Source: a virus (Duplodnaviria; Caudoviricetes). Taken from it: a stretch of 26,971 nucleotides of DNA. This document shows, in pieces, positions 16,956 through 26,383 of this stretch. The notes under the pieces were generated by a model. That model was not told the DNA's origin. It was given only the letters and a program-made list of their open reading frames with translations, and searched no databases. How positions within the stretch are numbered: the first letter of the stretch is position 1; every line of letters starts with the position of its first letter. Location of the stretch: the IMG/VR virus record IMGVR_UViG_3300044266_000285, positions 1-26,971 of that record; one strand, 5' to 3'. Both the position numbers and the translations under genes were made by a program.

Positions 16956-17441
16956 CAAATCGCCCTCACGTGACTTGGGGATTACAAACCCCCAATCAGT
17001 TGTTTCGCCATTGATGCTATGCTTTTCGTTTTCGTCGTACGCCCAGCCTAACGCCTTCATCATTCGATGCTTGACCAACAGGTTAGGACTGCGAAATGCT
17101 TCTGTGTCCCGGAACCCCATGGCCACGCCCACTTCTGCCACAGCGCCCGAACGACATACTCCTGCGTGGCAGTGAACAATCACGTTCATATGGTTTTCCA
17201 ATGCGTGATGTAGCAAACCGACCAACTTTTGGGCTTGCTCATCTGTACACTTGCACTCATCGGGAAAGTTGTCGTCGCGCTCCACATCCAAGAACTCAAA
17301 CTGATGTGTTTCGCGGAATGCGTACTTGGGTACTGGAAACTCTGTAGCAGGGTCTACAATTTGAATCAGCATGGAGTTAAAGCCTGGGTCAATATGAAAC
17401 CCCAGGCGAATGTCGGTCATGCTAACGTTTTGAATCCACAT
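16953..17441 (-). CDS. Cys-based protein tyrosine / dual-specificity phosphatase-like protein
   Basis: VHCHAGVCRS (CX5R) P-loop, F.D acid loop, PN motif. Confidence 0.85.
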   Translation of the reverse strand: MWIQNVSMTDIRLGFHIDPGFNSMLIQIVDPATEFPVPKYAFRETHQFEFLDVERDDNFPDECKCTDEQAQKLVGLLHHALENHMNVIVHCHAGVCRSGAVAEVGVAMGFRDTEAFRSPNLLVKHRMMKALGWAYDENEKHSINGETTDWGFVIPKSREGDL

Positions 17442-17460
17442 AAAAATCTCCCAGTGTGTT

Positions 17461-17489
17461 ATTATAGCACAGAGGGAGATTTTGGTCAA
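17461..17489 (-). promoter_or_regulatory. Sigma70-type promoter
   Basis: TTGACC-17 nt-TATAAT with extended TG. Confidence 0.8.
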
Positions 17490-17503
17490 CTCTGTGCTGG
17501 TAA

Positions 17504-17776
17504 TTAGTAAGTATTACGAATTTTGCGCTGGCGTCGAGGTTCAACTTCTTGCTCACGCAACAAATAGTCAATGCCAACTTTGCCTGCTTCAATTTCTAAC
17601 ATGGCAGTAACAGCAGGTCCGTGGCCTTTGCTAACAACTGACACAGCTCCGCGGCTTAGTTCTCGCATGCGCCTTGCGCCTACCAGCACCAAAGCATAAC
17701 GATTACCAATGGCTTCCACTGAAGCTTGGCTGGTGAGACCCGCGGTTCTTGAACTGTCGTAAGTTTTATTCATCAT
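17504..17776 (-). CDS. rpoZ: RNA polymerase omega subunit homolog
   Basis: IGNRYALVLVGARRMREL and P...AMLEIEAGKV match the two conserved RpoZ blocks. Confidence 0.85.
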   Translation of the reverse strand: MMNKTYDSSRTAGLTSQASVEAIGNRYALVLVGARRMRELSRGAVSVVSKGHGPAVTAMLEIEAGKVGIDYLLREQEVEPRRQRKIRNTY

Positions 17777-18074
17777 TGTTTAATCCGTTTGAATGTTTAT
17801 CTCTGGTGGTTTCTAAATCTTGAAACAGTCGTCGTTCTTGAGCAGTTAGTCTTTCGGACTTGTACGCAGTATTGCGGCGAGGATTGCCGCAAAGCATACA
17901 GCCCGGTTGACCACAGTCCATGGCATGATGCTTGGCCATGCGGTGCGGTTGTTTAATTGCTCGATTGCTCATGGTCAAACCATGTGACTTTGCAATTTTT
18001 ACCTGCCTTGCAATGGCAATGTCATCTCTATGTCTGCGCTGTGAGTTCTTGAACTTTGCAAATTCGTTTGCCAT
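17766..18074 (-). CDS. Basic hypothetical protein with a Cys cluster (CGQPGCMLCGNPRR)
   Basis: 102 aa ORF with TAATG coupling. Confidence 0.75.
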   Translation of the reverse strand: MANEFAKFKNSQRRHRDDIAIARQVKIAKSHGLTMSNRAIKQPHRMAKHHAMDCGQPGCMLCGNPRRNTAYKSERLTAQERRLFQDLETTRDKHSNGLNNDE

Positions 18075-18250
18075 TATCCGCCCCTACCAGATGCCTTGCG
18101 AACCGGAGCACCTTTTGGTGCAGGAGCACCTTTGGGTTTACCGGCTTTGCTCTGTTTGCTCTTGGCATCCGGATGTGCAGCCGCATGCTTTTGAGCAAGC
18201 GCCGATTTTACAGCGTCTGTGAAACTTCGGGGTTTTTGTTCTTCGCTCAT
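18074..18250 (-). CDS. 58 aa Lys/Ala-rich basic protein, not in the ORF track
   Basis: MSEEQKPRSFTDAVKSALAQKH...VRKASGRGG; TAAATA 5 nt upstream. Confidence 0.65.
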   Translation of the reverse strand: MSEEQKPRSFTDAVKSALAQKHAAAHPDAKSKQSKAGKPKGAPAPKGAPVRKASGRGG

Positions 18251-18274
18251 ACAACTATTTACAAGTGAGTAAGC

Positions 18275-18303
18275 AGTATAACAAAAAACCCTGTGATTGT
18301 CAA
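18275..18303 (-). promoter_or_regulatory. Sigma70-type promoter
   Basis: TTGACA-17 nt-TATACT. Confidence 0.75.
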
Positions 18304-19022
18304 GCCTTTTTGGCCCACTCTGTGGTGCTCAACCAGTGGGTGTAAATGTGATCAGCAGTGCGATTGTGTGCGCCGATGTGTTGGGCAGTGCGATCCAATA
18401 TGGTTTGGCGGCTTTGTGCAGATTCAAACAACCCTCTTGCTTGTGCCCAGCTGGCGTCATCTTCTGCTACCCACGAATCTATCTTGGTTTGGTTTATTTC
18501 TATGTGGAACTGCATGGCCAAATGCGGTCCAATGCCCCAAGCTTGGTTAGGACAATTTGAGTTTGACGCTAGCAGCGTAGCACCTAGTGGAATAGAAAAG
18601 GTATCGTAGTGCCATTGGATCACTGTATCCGTAGGGTCGGGACCAAACCATGTTCGAGCTAGTTCGTGGTCAGCATACTCAATGGGTTGCCAACCTATTT
18701 CGGGAACAGGCGCTACCGAGACTCGAGCACCCAATGCTCGACTCATAAGTTGCCCGCCCAAGCAATGTCCTATTACCGGAATATCTTGTGCCATGGCCTG
18801 TAGAATCAACTGTTCTGCCGCACGATTTGATTCAAGGTCATCGTTGGCACTCATGCCCCCGCCCATCACAGCCAGTGCTGAATACGGTTCGATGCTGGCG
18901 GGAAACAGTTCGCCTGCTCCTGCGTTGACTACACAATAGTCAACACCATGACGTTCAAGCCATGTAGACAAGTATGCAGCATTTTCCGGCAGTTGATGTT
19001 GGAGGATGAGTACAGGTTTCAT
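18300..19022 (-). CDS. Class I glutamine amidotransferase
   Basis: MGGGMS, GHCLGGQL nucleophile elbow, PEIGW, QWHYD, MQFHIE (Cys-His-Glu triad). Confidence 0.92.
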   Translation of the reverse strand: MKPVLILQHQLPENAAYLSTWLERHGVDYCVVNAGAGELFPASIEPYSALAVMGGGMSANDDLESNRAAEQLILQAMAQDIPVIGHCLGGQLMSRALGARVSVAPVPEIGWQPIEYADHELARTWFGPDPTDTVIQWHYDTFSIPLGATLLASNSNCPNQAWGIGPHLAMQFHIEINQTKIDSWVAEDDASWAQARGLFESAQSRQTILDRTAQHIGAHNRTADHIYTHWLSTTEWAKKA

Positions 19023-19029
19023 GGGATAT

Positions 19030-19590
19030 TTATTCGTCATCCTCGTCGTCGTCTTCGTAGATTTCTTCAATGTACTTTTCCTTGCTATCATAGAACTGAT
19101 AGTAGGTTTCGTTGGGCATCAAAATACGAAACTGATATTTCAAGGCAGCAAACGTTGCCTCTTCCTTCTTGAGCAAGTCACATACCACATAACTGGTTCC
19201 GCAACCGCCTTCCACATTCTTGAAAGGTGAGTGCTTGAACTCGTTAGCGGCCAATGCTGTGTGCATTTTGCTACCCCAGCCGAACATAATCCGAGTGATA
19301 CCACGCTTTTGATTGCGTAGTCGTATCTTGTCAATTAGTGTTAGTTCTTTGATAGTAGCCGAGTTGTCTGGATCAATAACGAGTAAAACGTTCTTGACCT
19401 TGATGCTACCTTTGGTGTGGCTGTTGTCTGGTGTTTCTTTGGTTGACCAAGGTACCAAACAGTCTACATGATTGACGTAATAGGATTCTCCATGTGTTTT
19501 TAGCACCCACATTGGAACGGTGCTGTCTTCTAAGTGCTTTTTGTTGAAGTGAAAGACTACATCTTTACAAGCAAATTCAATCTACGACAT
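19030..19590 (-). CDS. Hypothetical protein whose probable true start (ATG 19590) is followed by an in-frame TAG at codon 3
   Basis: AAAGGA RBS, then ATG TCG TAG ATT GAA TTT GCT... = MS*IEFACKDVVFHFNKKHLEDSTVP, continuing in frame into the 160 aa track ORF (MWVLK...). Confidence 0.7.
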
Positions 19591-19780
19591 TTGGACTTTT
19601 TCCTTTCATAAATCGCAAAAACGGTACTATACTATCATCATTCACATGCCCATCACGCAAATGTTTGTATCCGTTATCGCAGTCCTTTTCACATACAGGA
19701 CAATACCACCCTCTGCCACCGTCAACATCCAAGCTAAGCCAGACTCTACAGTCGTCGCAAGTGGGTGGTCCCAGTCCCAT
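19577..19780 (-). CDS. Small zinc-ribbon protein
   Basis: CDDC...CPVC. Confidence 0.65.
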   Translation of the reverse strand: MGLGPPTCDDCRVWLSLDVDGGRGWYCPVCEKDCDNGYKHLRDGHVNDDSIVPFLRFMKGKSPNVVD

Positions 19781-19784
19781 ATAT

Positions 19785-20408
19785 TTACTTTTGTGTGCCT
19801 ACCATCTCAATTTCTACACGTCGATTCTTGGCACGACCTGCAGGAGTTTGGTTGCTGGCAATGGGTTGACGCTCGCCCTTGCTGTCTGTAAACACACGTT
19901 TGTTTTCCACACCCTTGGCCACAAGGTATGCTTTTACAGCTTCGGCACGACGTTGGCCCAACTTCAAGTTGTAAGCATCACTGCCAATAAAATCTGTATG
20001 GCCCACAACAATAACAACTTCCAAATTGACAGTGGTCAGCTTTGATACCAGCAAGTCCAGTTTGGCTTTGCCTTCGGGCTTGATTACGCTCCGGTCAAAG
20101 TCAAAGAATGTATCAGCATTGTAAGCGATTTTGGTCACCACAGGTTTTACAACTTCGGGTGCCTTTGCCGCCGGAGCAGGTGCCGCCGCAGGAGCAGGCG
20201 CAGGCAAAGTGACTTGCACACGAGGTTGTGGTTTTAGGGCACCGTCGCAGTCGGCGTGTGCAGTGGCCGGAGTCCAAGCACTGTTGCGCCAGCATTGGCC
20301 ACTGGCATTTTTCCAAGGCTGACCATTGGAGTTGACCCAGTTGTCAACTGTTTGTGCGCTTACTAGGCCAGCGCTCAAGGCAACGATTGCGGTGATAAGA
20401 GTTTTCAT
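19785..20408 (-). CDS. ompA: OmpA-family peptidoglycan-binding protein, betaproteobacterial type
   Basis: Signal peptide, WKNASGQCWR...CDG N-domain, Pro/Ala linker, FFDFD, GHTD, YNLKLGQRRA, GRAKNRRVEI. Confidence 0.95.
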   Translation of the reverse strand: MKTLITAIVALSAGLVSAQTVDNWVNSNGQPWKNASGQCWRNSAWTPATAHADCDGALKPQPRVQVTLPAPAPAAAPAPAAKAPEVVKPVVTKIAYNADTFFDFDRSVIKPEGKAKLDLLVSKLTTVNLEVVIVVGHTDFIGSDAYNLKLGQRRAEAVKAYLVAKGVENKRVFTDSKGERQPIASNQTPAGRAKNRRVEIEMVGTQK

Positions 20409-20414
20409 AGAGAG

Positions 20415-20422
20415 TATTTATA
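20415..20422 (-). promoter_or_regulatory. T4-late-like promoter TATAAATA, 6 nt before the ompA ATG
   Basis: Exact TATAAATA; no Shine-Dalgarno sequence between it and the ATG. Confidence 0.6.
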
Positions 20423-20423
20423 G

Positions 20424-20499
20424 TGGTGCGTCTGGTGGGAATCGAACCCACGCTTATGAAGTTTTAGAGGCTTCTGCTGTTCCACTTAGCTACAGACGC
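20424..20499 (-). tRNA. Amber suppressor tRNA (anticodon CUA)
   Basis: GCGTCTG-TA-GCTAAGTGGAACAGC-A-GAAGC-CT[CTA]AA-ACTTC-ATAAGC-GTGGG-TTCGATT-CCCAC-CAGACGC-A-CCA: 7 bp acceptor stem, GG in the D loop, canonical T arm, encoded CCA; C31-A39 mismatch. Confidence 0.9.
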
Positions 20500-20508
20500 A
20501 ATACAAGT

Positions 20509-20537
20509 ATTATAACAAAAGACAAAAGGCCTCGCAA
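20509..20537 (-). promoter_or_regulatory. Sigma70-type promoter for the suppressor tRNA
   Basis: TTGCGA-17 nt-TATAAT with extended TG; the -10 ends 9 nt before tRNA base 1. Confidence 0.7.
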
Positions 20538-20545
20538 GGCCTTTT
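20524..20545. terminator. Intrinsic terminator after amtB
   Basis: AAAAGGCC-TCGCAA-GGCCTTTT. Confidence 0.8.
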
Positions 20546-20564
20546 GGGTAAACAAATTTACCAA

Positions 20565-22931
<2,367 letters not shown>

Positions 22932-22981
22932 TGTAGTTCCTTTATAAAAATGTTGCAGAGCACAAAAATGTGTCCTACACA

Positions 22982-23010
22982 AGTATATAGTAGAAATACT
23001 GAGAGGTCAA
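22982..23010 (-). promoter_or_regulatory. Phage-type sigma70 promoter driving porin-glnK-amtB
   Basis: TTGACC-17 nt-TATACT; same -35 as the other phage promoters. Confidence 0.75.
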
Positions 23011-23038
23011 GCAAAAAAAATTAGTGTTTGGAAACTAG

Positions 23039-23058
23039 AAAACCCGCCGAAGCGGGTT
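23039..23058. terminator. Intrinsic terminator downstream of pstS
   Basis: AACCCGC-CGAA-GCGGGTT (UUCG loop on the - strand) with a short T tract. Confidence 0.8.
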
Positions 23059-23127
23059 GGTTTTTTGGTATAAGTATTAGACTGTGCTGGTTACGAGTTC
23101 CAGCGACACACTATCTTTGTGTCCGGT

Positions 23128-24120
23128 TTATAATCCCAATCTCTTCCAATCTGATCTAATCTTGCTTTTAACGCTGTCTGGCAGTGCAACATAGTCCAAG
23201 TCATCTGCGGCTTGATCACCATTGGTAAATGCCCAGTCAAAGAATTTAGTTACGCCTCGAGCTTTTGCAGCATCGTCAGGTTTGGCATACACAAGAATAA
23301 ATGTAGCACCAGTAATAGGCCAAGCATCCTTGCCTGGTTGATTGGTTAATATTTGATAGTATGATCGGCTCCAATCTGCACCAGCGGCTGCGGCCTTGAA
23401 TGAGTCTTCTGTGGGTGCTACCCATGTGCCTGCGGCATTCTGTACGTTAACCCAGTTCATCTTGGTTTGTTTGACATAAGCATATTCAACATAGCCAAAT
23501 GCTCCTGGCAGTTGACGTGTCATGTTGGCCACACCTTCGTTGCCTTTGCCACCTGCTCCAACCTTCCAGTTCACTGCTGTACCAGCACCAATAGTGTCAT
23601 TGAATTCTCGACTGACTTTGCTCAGATAGTTGGTCCAAATAAATGTTGTACCTGATCCATCGGCTCTGCGAACAATCATGATGTCTTGGTCAGGCAGAGG
23701 TAGCTTGGGGTTCAATGCCACAATTGCAGGATCGTTCCACTTTTTAATTTTGCCCATGACCATATCAGCCATTACAGCACCTGTCAAGCGCAGTTGTCCG
23801 GGTTCAATGCCCTTGAGATTCACTACAGGAACCACACCACCAATGGCAGTGGGAAACTGAAACAAACCTGCTTCTGCCAGTTGCTCATCCTTGAGCGGCA
23901 TGTCGCTAGCACCAAACAACACTGTCTTGGCTTTAATCTGATTGATGCCTGCACCTGATCCTACACTTTGGTAGTTTACCTTGGTGTCAGTGGCCTTGCG
24001 GTATGCGTCTGCCCACTTTGCATAGAGAGGAGCCGGGAATGTTGCCCCGGCGCCGGTGATGTCTTGTGCTTGTGCTGTGATTGCTAATGCTGCTACGATT
24101 GCAACAATATATTTGAACAT
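23128..24120 (-). CDS. pstS: Phosphate ABC transporter substrate-binding protein
   Basis: GAGATFPAPLYAKW, NYQSVGSGAG, FGASD, RADGSGTTFIWTNYL, GKGNEGV, WPITGATF; AAGGAG RBS. Confidence 0.97.
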   Translation of the reverse strand: MFKYIVAIVAALAITAQAQDITGAGATFPAPLYAKWADAYRKATDTKVNYQSVGSGAGINQIKAKTVLFGASDMPLKDEQLAEAGLFQFPTAIGGVVPVVNLKGIEPGQLRLTGAVMADMVMGKIKKWNDPAIVALNPKLPLPDQDIMIVRRADGSGTTFIWTNYLSKVSREFNDTIGAGTAVNWKVGAGGKGNEGVANMTRQLPGAFGYVEYAYVKQTKMNWVNVQNAAGTWVAPTEDSFKAAAAGADWSRSYYQILTNQPGKDAWPITGATFILVYAKPDDAAKARGVTKFFDWAFTNGDQAADDLDYVALPDSVKSKIRSDWKRLGL

Positions 24121-24160
24121 GATTTCTCCTTTTGGTTCAAGAATACTTAGTTGCAAATAT

Positions 24161-24178
24161 GTTACAGTTTTGTTACAG
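24161..24178 (-). promoter_or_regulatory. Pho box (PhoB site) upstream of pstS
   Basis: CTGTAAC-AAAA-CTGTAAC direct repeat with an 11 bp period, 40 nt upstream of the ATG. Confidence 0.75.
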
Positions 24179-24343
24179 TCAAGCACCTATGCCAATGCTG
24201 CCAACTATGATTACAACCAGTACAACCAGTATGACCACAAACATTCCGTCACTGGCTTTTTGTGTGCTAGTAACCACAGGATCAACACTACCCCTTTTGC
24301 GTTGACGGCGTTTCATTAGGGTTTGAATCAACACCGGTTTCAT
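24179..24343 (-). CDS. Small membrane protein, basic N-terminus and C-terminal TM
   Basis: 54 aa; ATGA coupling to the TerC gene. Confidence 0.55.
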   Translation of the reverse strand: MKPVLIQTLMKRRQRKRGSVDPVVTSTQKASDGMFVVILVVLVVIIVGSIGIGA

Positions 24344-25002
24344 GCTACGTTTCTTATACGTGTTCTGTAGTATTGCTTGGCAGTCAAGATTAATGCGCCT
24401 GCCCAAGGCAATATGTTTTCATAGAAGTCGTGCATGGGATCAAGGTGGTTGTCAATAAACGGCTCATGCACAATCATTTTAATTGCCACTACGTATAGAA
24501 CAAATGCCCCAACAAAAACACAGTCGGGATACCGGTCTATAAGTCGTGCAACCATGGTGCTTCCAAACAGGATGATGGGCACACTGATTAGTAGGCCAAA
24601 TATGATCAACCACCAGTTGCCTCCAGCAGCACCTGCAATGGCTAGAGCATTGTCTAGCCCCATCACAGCGTCGGCCCAAACAATGGTTGCCATGGCGCCC
24701 CAGAAGGTTGTGGCTGTTTTTACATTACTGTGATCTTGATTGTTTGAAGTTAACTTCCAGGCAATGTAGATCAGCGCAATGCCACCGACCAGTCGCAGGC
24801 CAGGAATCATCAGCAGGTATGTGAGCACAGCCACACTGGCAAAGCGAACTGCCACTGCACCAAATGTGCCCCATAACATGGCACGTTTACGTAGATGCTC
24901 TGGCAGTTGTCTGGCGGCCATGGCAATGACCAAGGCGTTTTCCCCTCCTAGCACTACATCAATTAATATAATAGCACCCAGTGCCCAAATAAGTTCTAAC
25001 AT
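24340..25002 (-). CDS. TerC/YjbE-family membrane protein (putative metal transport)
   Basis: IDVVLGGENALVIAMAARQLP, ADAVMGLDNALAIAGAA, GLLISVPII. Confidence 0.9.
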   Translation of the reverse strand: MLELIWALGAIILIDVVLGGENALVIAMAARQLPEHLRKRAMLWGTFGAVAVRFASVAVLTYLLMIPGLRLVGGIALIYIAWKLTSNNQDHSNVKTATTFWGAMATIVWADAVMGLDNALAIAGAAGGNWWLIIFGLLISVPIILFGSTMVARLIDRYPDCVFVGAFVLYVVAIKMIVHEPFIDNHLDPMHDFYENILPWAGALILTAKQYYRTRIRNVA

Positions 25003-25629
25003 TTAATATCTCCCCGATGCTAATACGATTTGACAAATATGTTCCAATCGTTCAATGTGCTCAAACGCACGCCATGGGCTGGTATCAATTGCTACTACCC
25101 CGTGGCCTTTGATGCCCACAATGTCAAATGCAATGGTGCCATCATTTTGCAGCCATAAATTTTCATGACAACGGTCTGCCAGTTCTTGACTGATTGGTGG
25201 AACATCTGGAACTGTTTTTGCCACTCGGGTATAGCGACTCAACTCCGGAAAGTCATTAACCACAGTGCTCAAATCAATGCCGGCGTGCATAGCAGCCACA
25301 CAGTAGGTAGGATGTAAATGTACTACCACCCTAACATCTGTGCTGTGCTGTCCCATATTACGTTGTAATCCAAAGTGCAAAGGAAGTTCTCCGCTGGGTA
25401 CTAAATTCTTGCTAATGTCAGTGTATGGTAAGTCTTGCCATAGCATCCTACTTGGTGATATACCAATCTTCTTAAACTGGTCGGGCTGAAGTGTCTGCTT
25501 ACGAACACCGCTAGGTGTGATATAAAAGTGATCACGGTCATGATGACGAATACTCACATTGCCATCACGACTGGTAATCCAGTTGCGTCTATATGCTTCT
25601 ACTAGTGTATCGCAAATAGTTTCTAACAT
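25003..25629 (-). CDS. Class II aldolase/adducin family protein
   Basis: DGNVS, ITPSG, PSGELPLH, HLHP, KGHG; substrate not determinable. Confidence 0.9.
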   Translation of the reverse strand: MLETICDTLVEAYRRNWITSRDGNVSIRHHDRDHFYITPSGVRKQTLQPDQFKKIGISPSRMLWQDLPYTDISKNLVPSGELPLHFGLQRNMGQHSTDVRVVVHLHPTYCVAAMHAGIDLSTVVNDFPELSRYTRVAKTVPDVPPISQELADRCHENLWLQNDGTIAFDIVGIKGHGVVAIDTSPWRAFEHIERLEHICQIVLASGRY

Positions 25630-25805
25630 TATTGTTTACCCCAATTAAATTTTAACCACACACGTTCATGGATATAATGAAATATTGTCATGAATATGTT
25701 TATCACAATGGCCCCTTCGAGGCCCGTAAAAATGGCGGTTACACCTGTTGCTGTAATCCGCCAACTTGCTGCTCTTGCTAATGTTCTCTTGTGTGTTTCT
25801 GTCAT
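25629..25805 (-). CDS. DUF2061-like small membrane protein (58 aa), not in the ORF track
   Basis: ETHKRTLARAASWR...YIHERVWLKFNWG; AAGGA RBS. Confidence 0.75.
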   Translation of the reverse strand: MTETHKRTLARAASWRITATGVTAIFTGLEGAIVINIFMTIFHYIHERVWLKFNWGKQ

Positions 25806-25867
25806 AGTGTTCCTTGTAAATTGTGGTTTAAGACCTAAACCACGTTATTTACCAAACAGCACAAAAA

Positions 25868-26383
25868 TCAACTGTTGAGAACTCTAGCAACACTAGTAAT
25901 TACCGCGGCAATGCGACCAATATCACGCAATTGCTCCACTGTGTAACCTTCCGCTTTCAAGGTCTCATAGTGTGCTTTTACGCAGAAATGGCACTTGCCA
26001 ACAATGCTTGCTGCCAATGAATATGCTTCAAAGCGAGCCTTGGTTGTACCACCGTGGCTGGCAATGGCATTCATACGTAACTGGGCCGGCAAACCTTTTA
26101 AGTTTTCGTCATCGGCCATCTCAACGTAAGGGTACCATACATTGTTTTGTGCCATGATCGAGCCAGCTGTTAACGCGGCATCACGCTCTTTTGTGTCAGC
26201 AATATTACTTTGAATAAAAGTAACAAGTTTGCCATTGCCTGTGGCAAAGGCTGCGGCCAATGCAATTGCCTCTGCTTCCTCGGGTGCCAAGGAACTGCGT
26301 TTGATCACAGCATCCAAGTTTAACTTGGTATCCTTGGCATACTCGGGAAGACCTTCTTTTAGTTGATCGACCCAAGCAGTCAT
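25868..26383 (-). CDS. ahpD: Alkylhydroperoxidase AhpD
   Basis: LPEYAKDTKLNL, MAQNNVWY, LRMN, FEAYSLAAS, CHFCVKAH. Confidence 0.93.
   Translation of the reverse strand: MTAWVDQLKEGLPEYAKDTKLNLDAVIKRSSLAPEEAEAIALAAAFATGNGKLVTFIQSNIADTKERDAALTAGSIMAQNNVWYPYVEMADDENLKGLPAQLRMNAIASHGGTTKARFEAYSLAASIVGKCHFCVKAHYETLKAEGYTVEQLRDIGRIAAVITSVARVLNS

Noticed and set aside
20424-20499. Reading the tRNA as Arg(UCU) or as tRNA-Pyl
   Set aside because: UCU would be off-centre in the loop and lack U33, and the stem register centres CUA. It has canonical D-loop GG, a TTC T loop and a normal variable loop, unlike tRNA-Pyl, and no pyl genes are in the window.
22932-23010. Sigma54/NtrC site upstream of the porin-glnK-amtB operon
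   Set aside because: No GG-N10-GC with correct spacing and no convincing TGCAC-N7-GTGCA site.
23086-23123. preQ1 or glutamine riboswitch
   Set aside because: Only superficial similarity (CGTAACC); the required conserved elements are not visible, so it is kept as an unnamed candidate.
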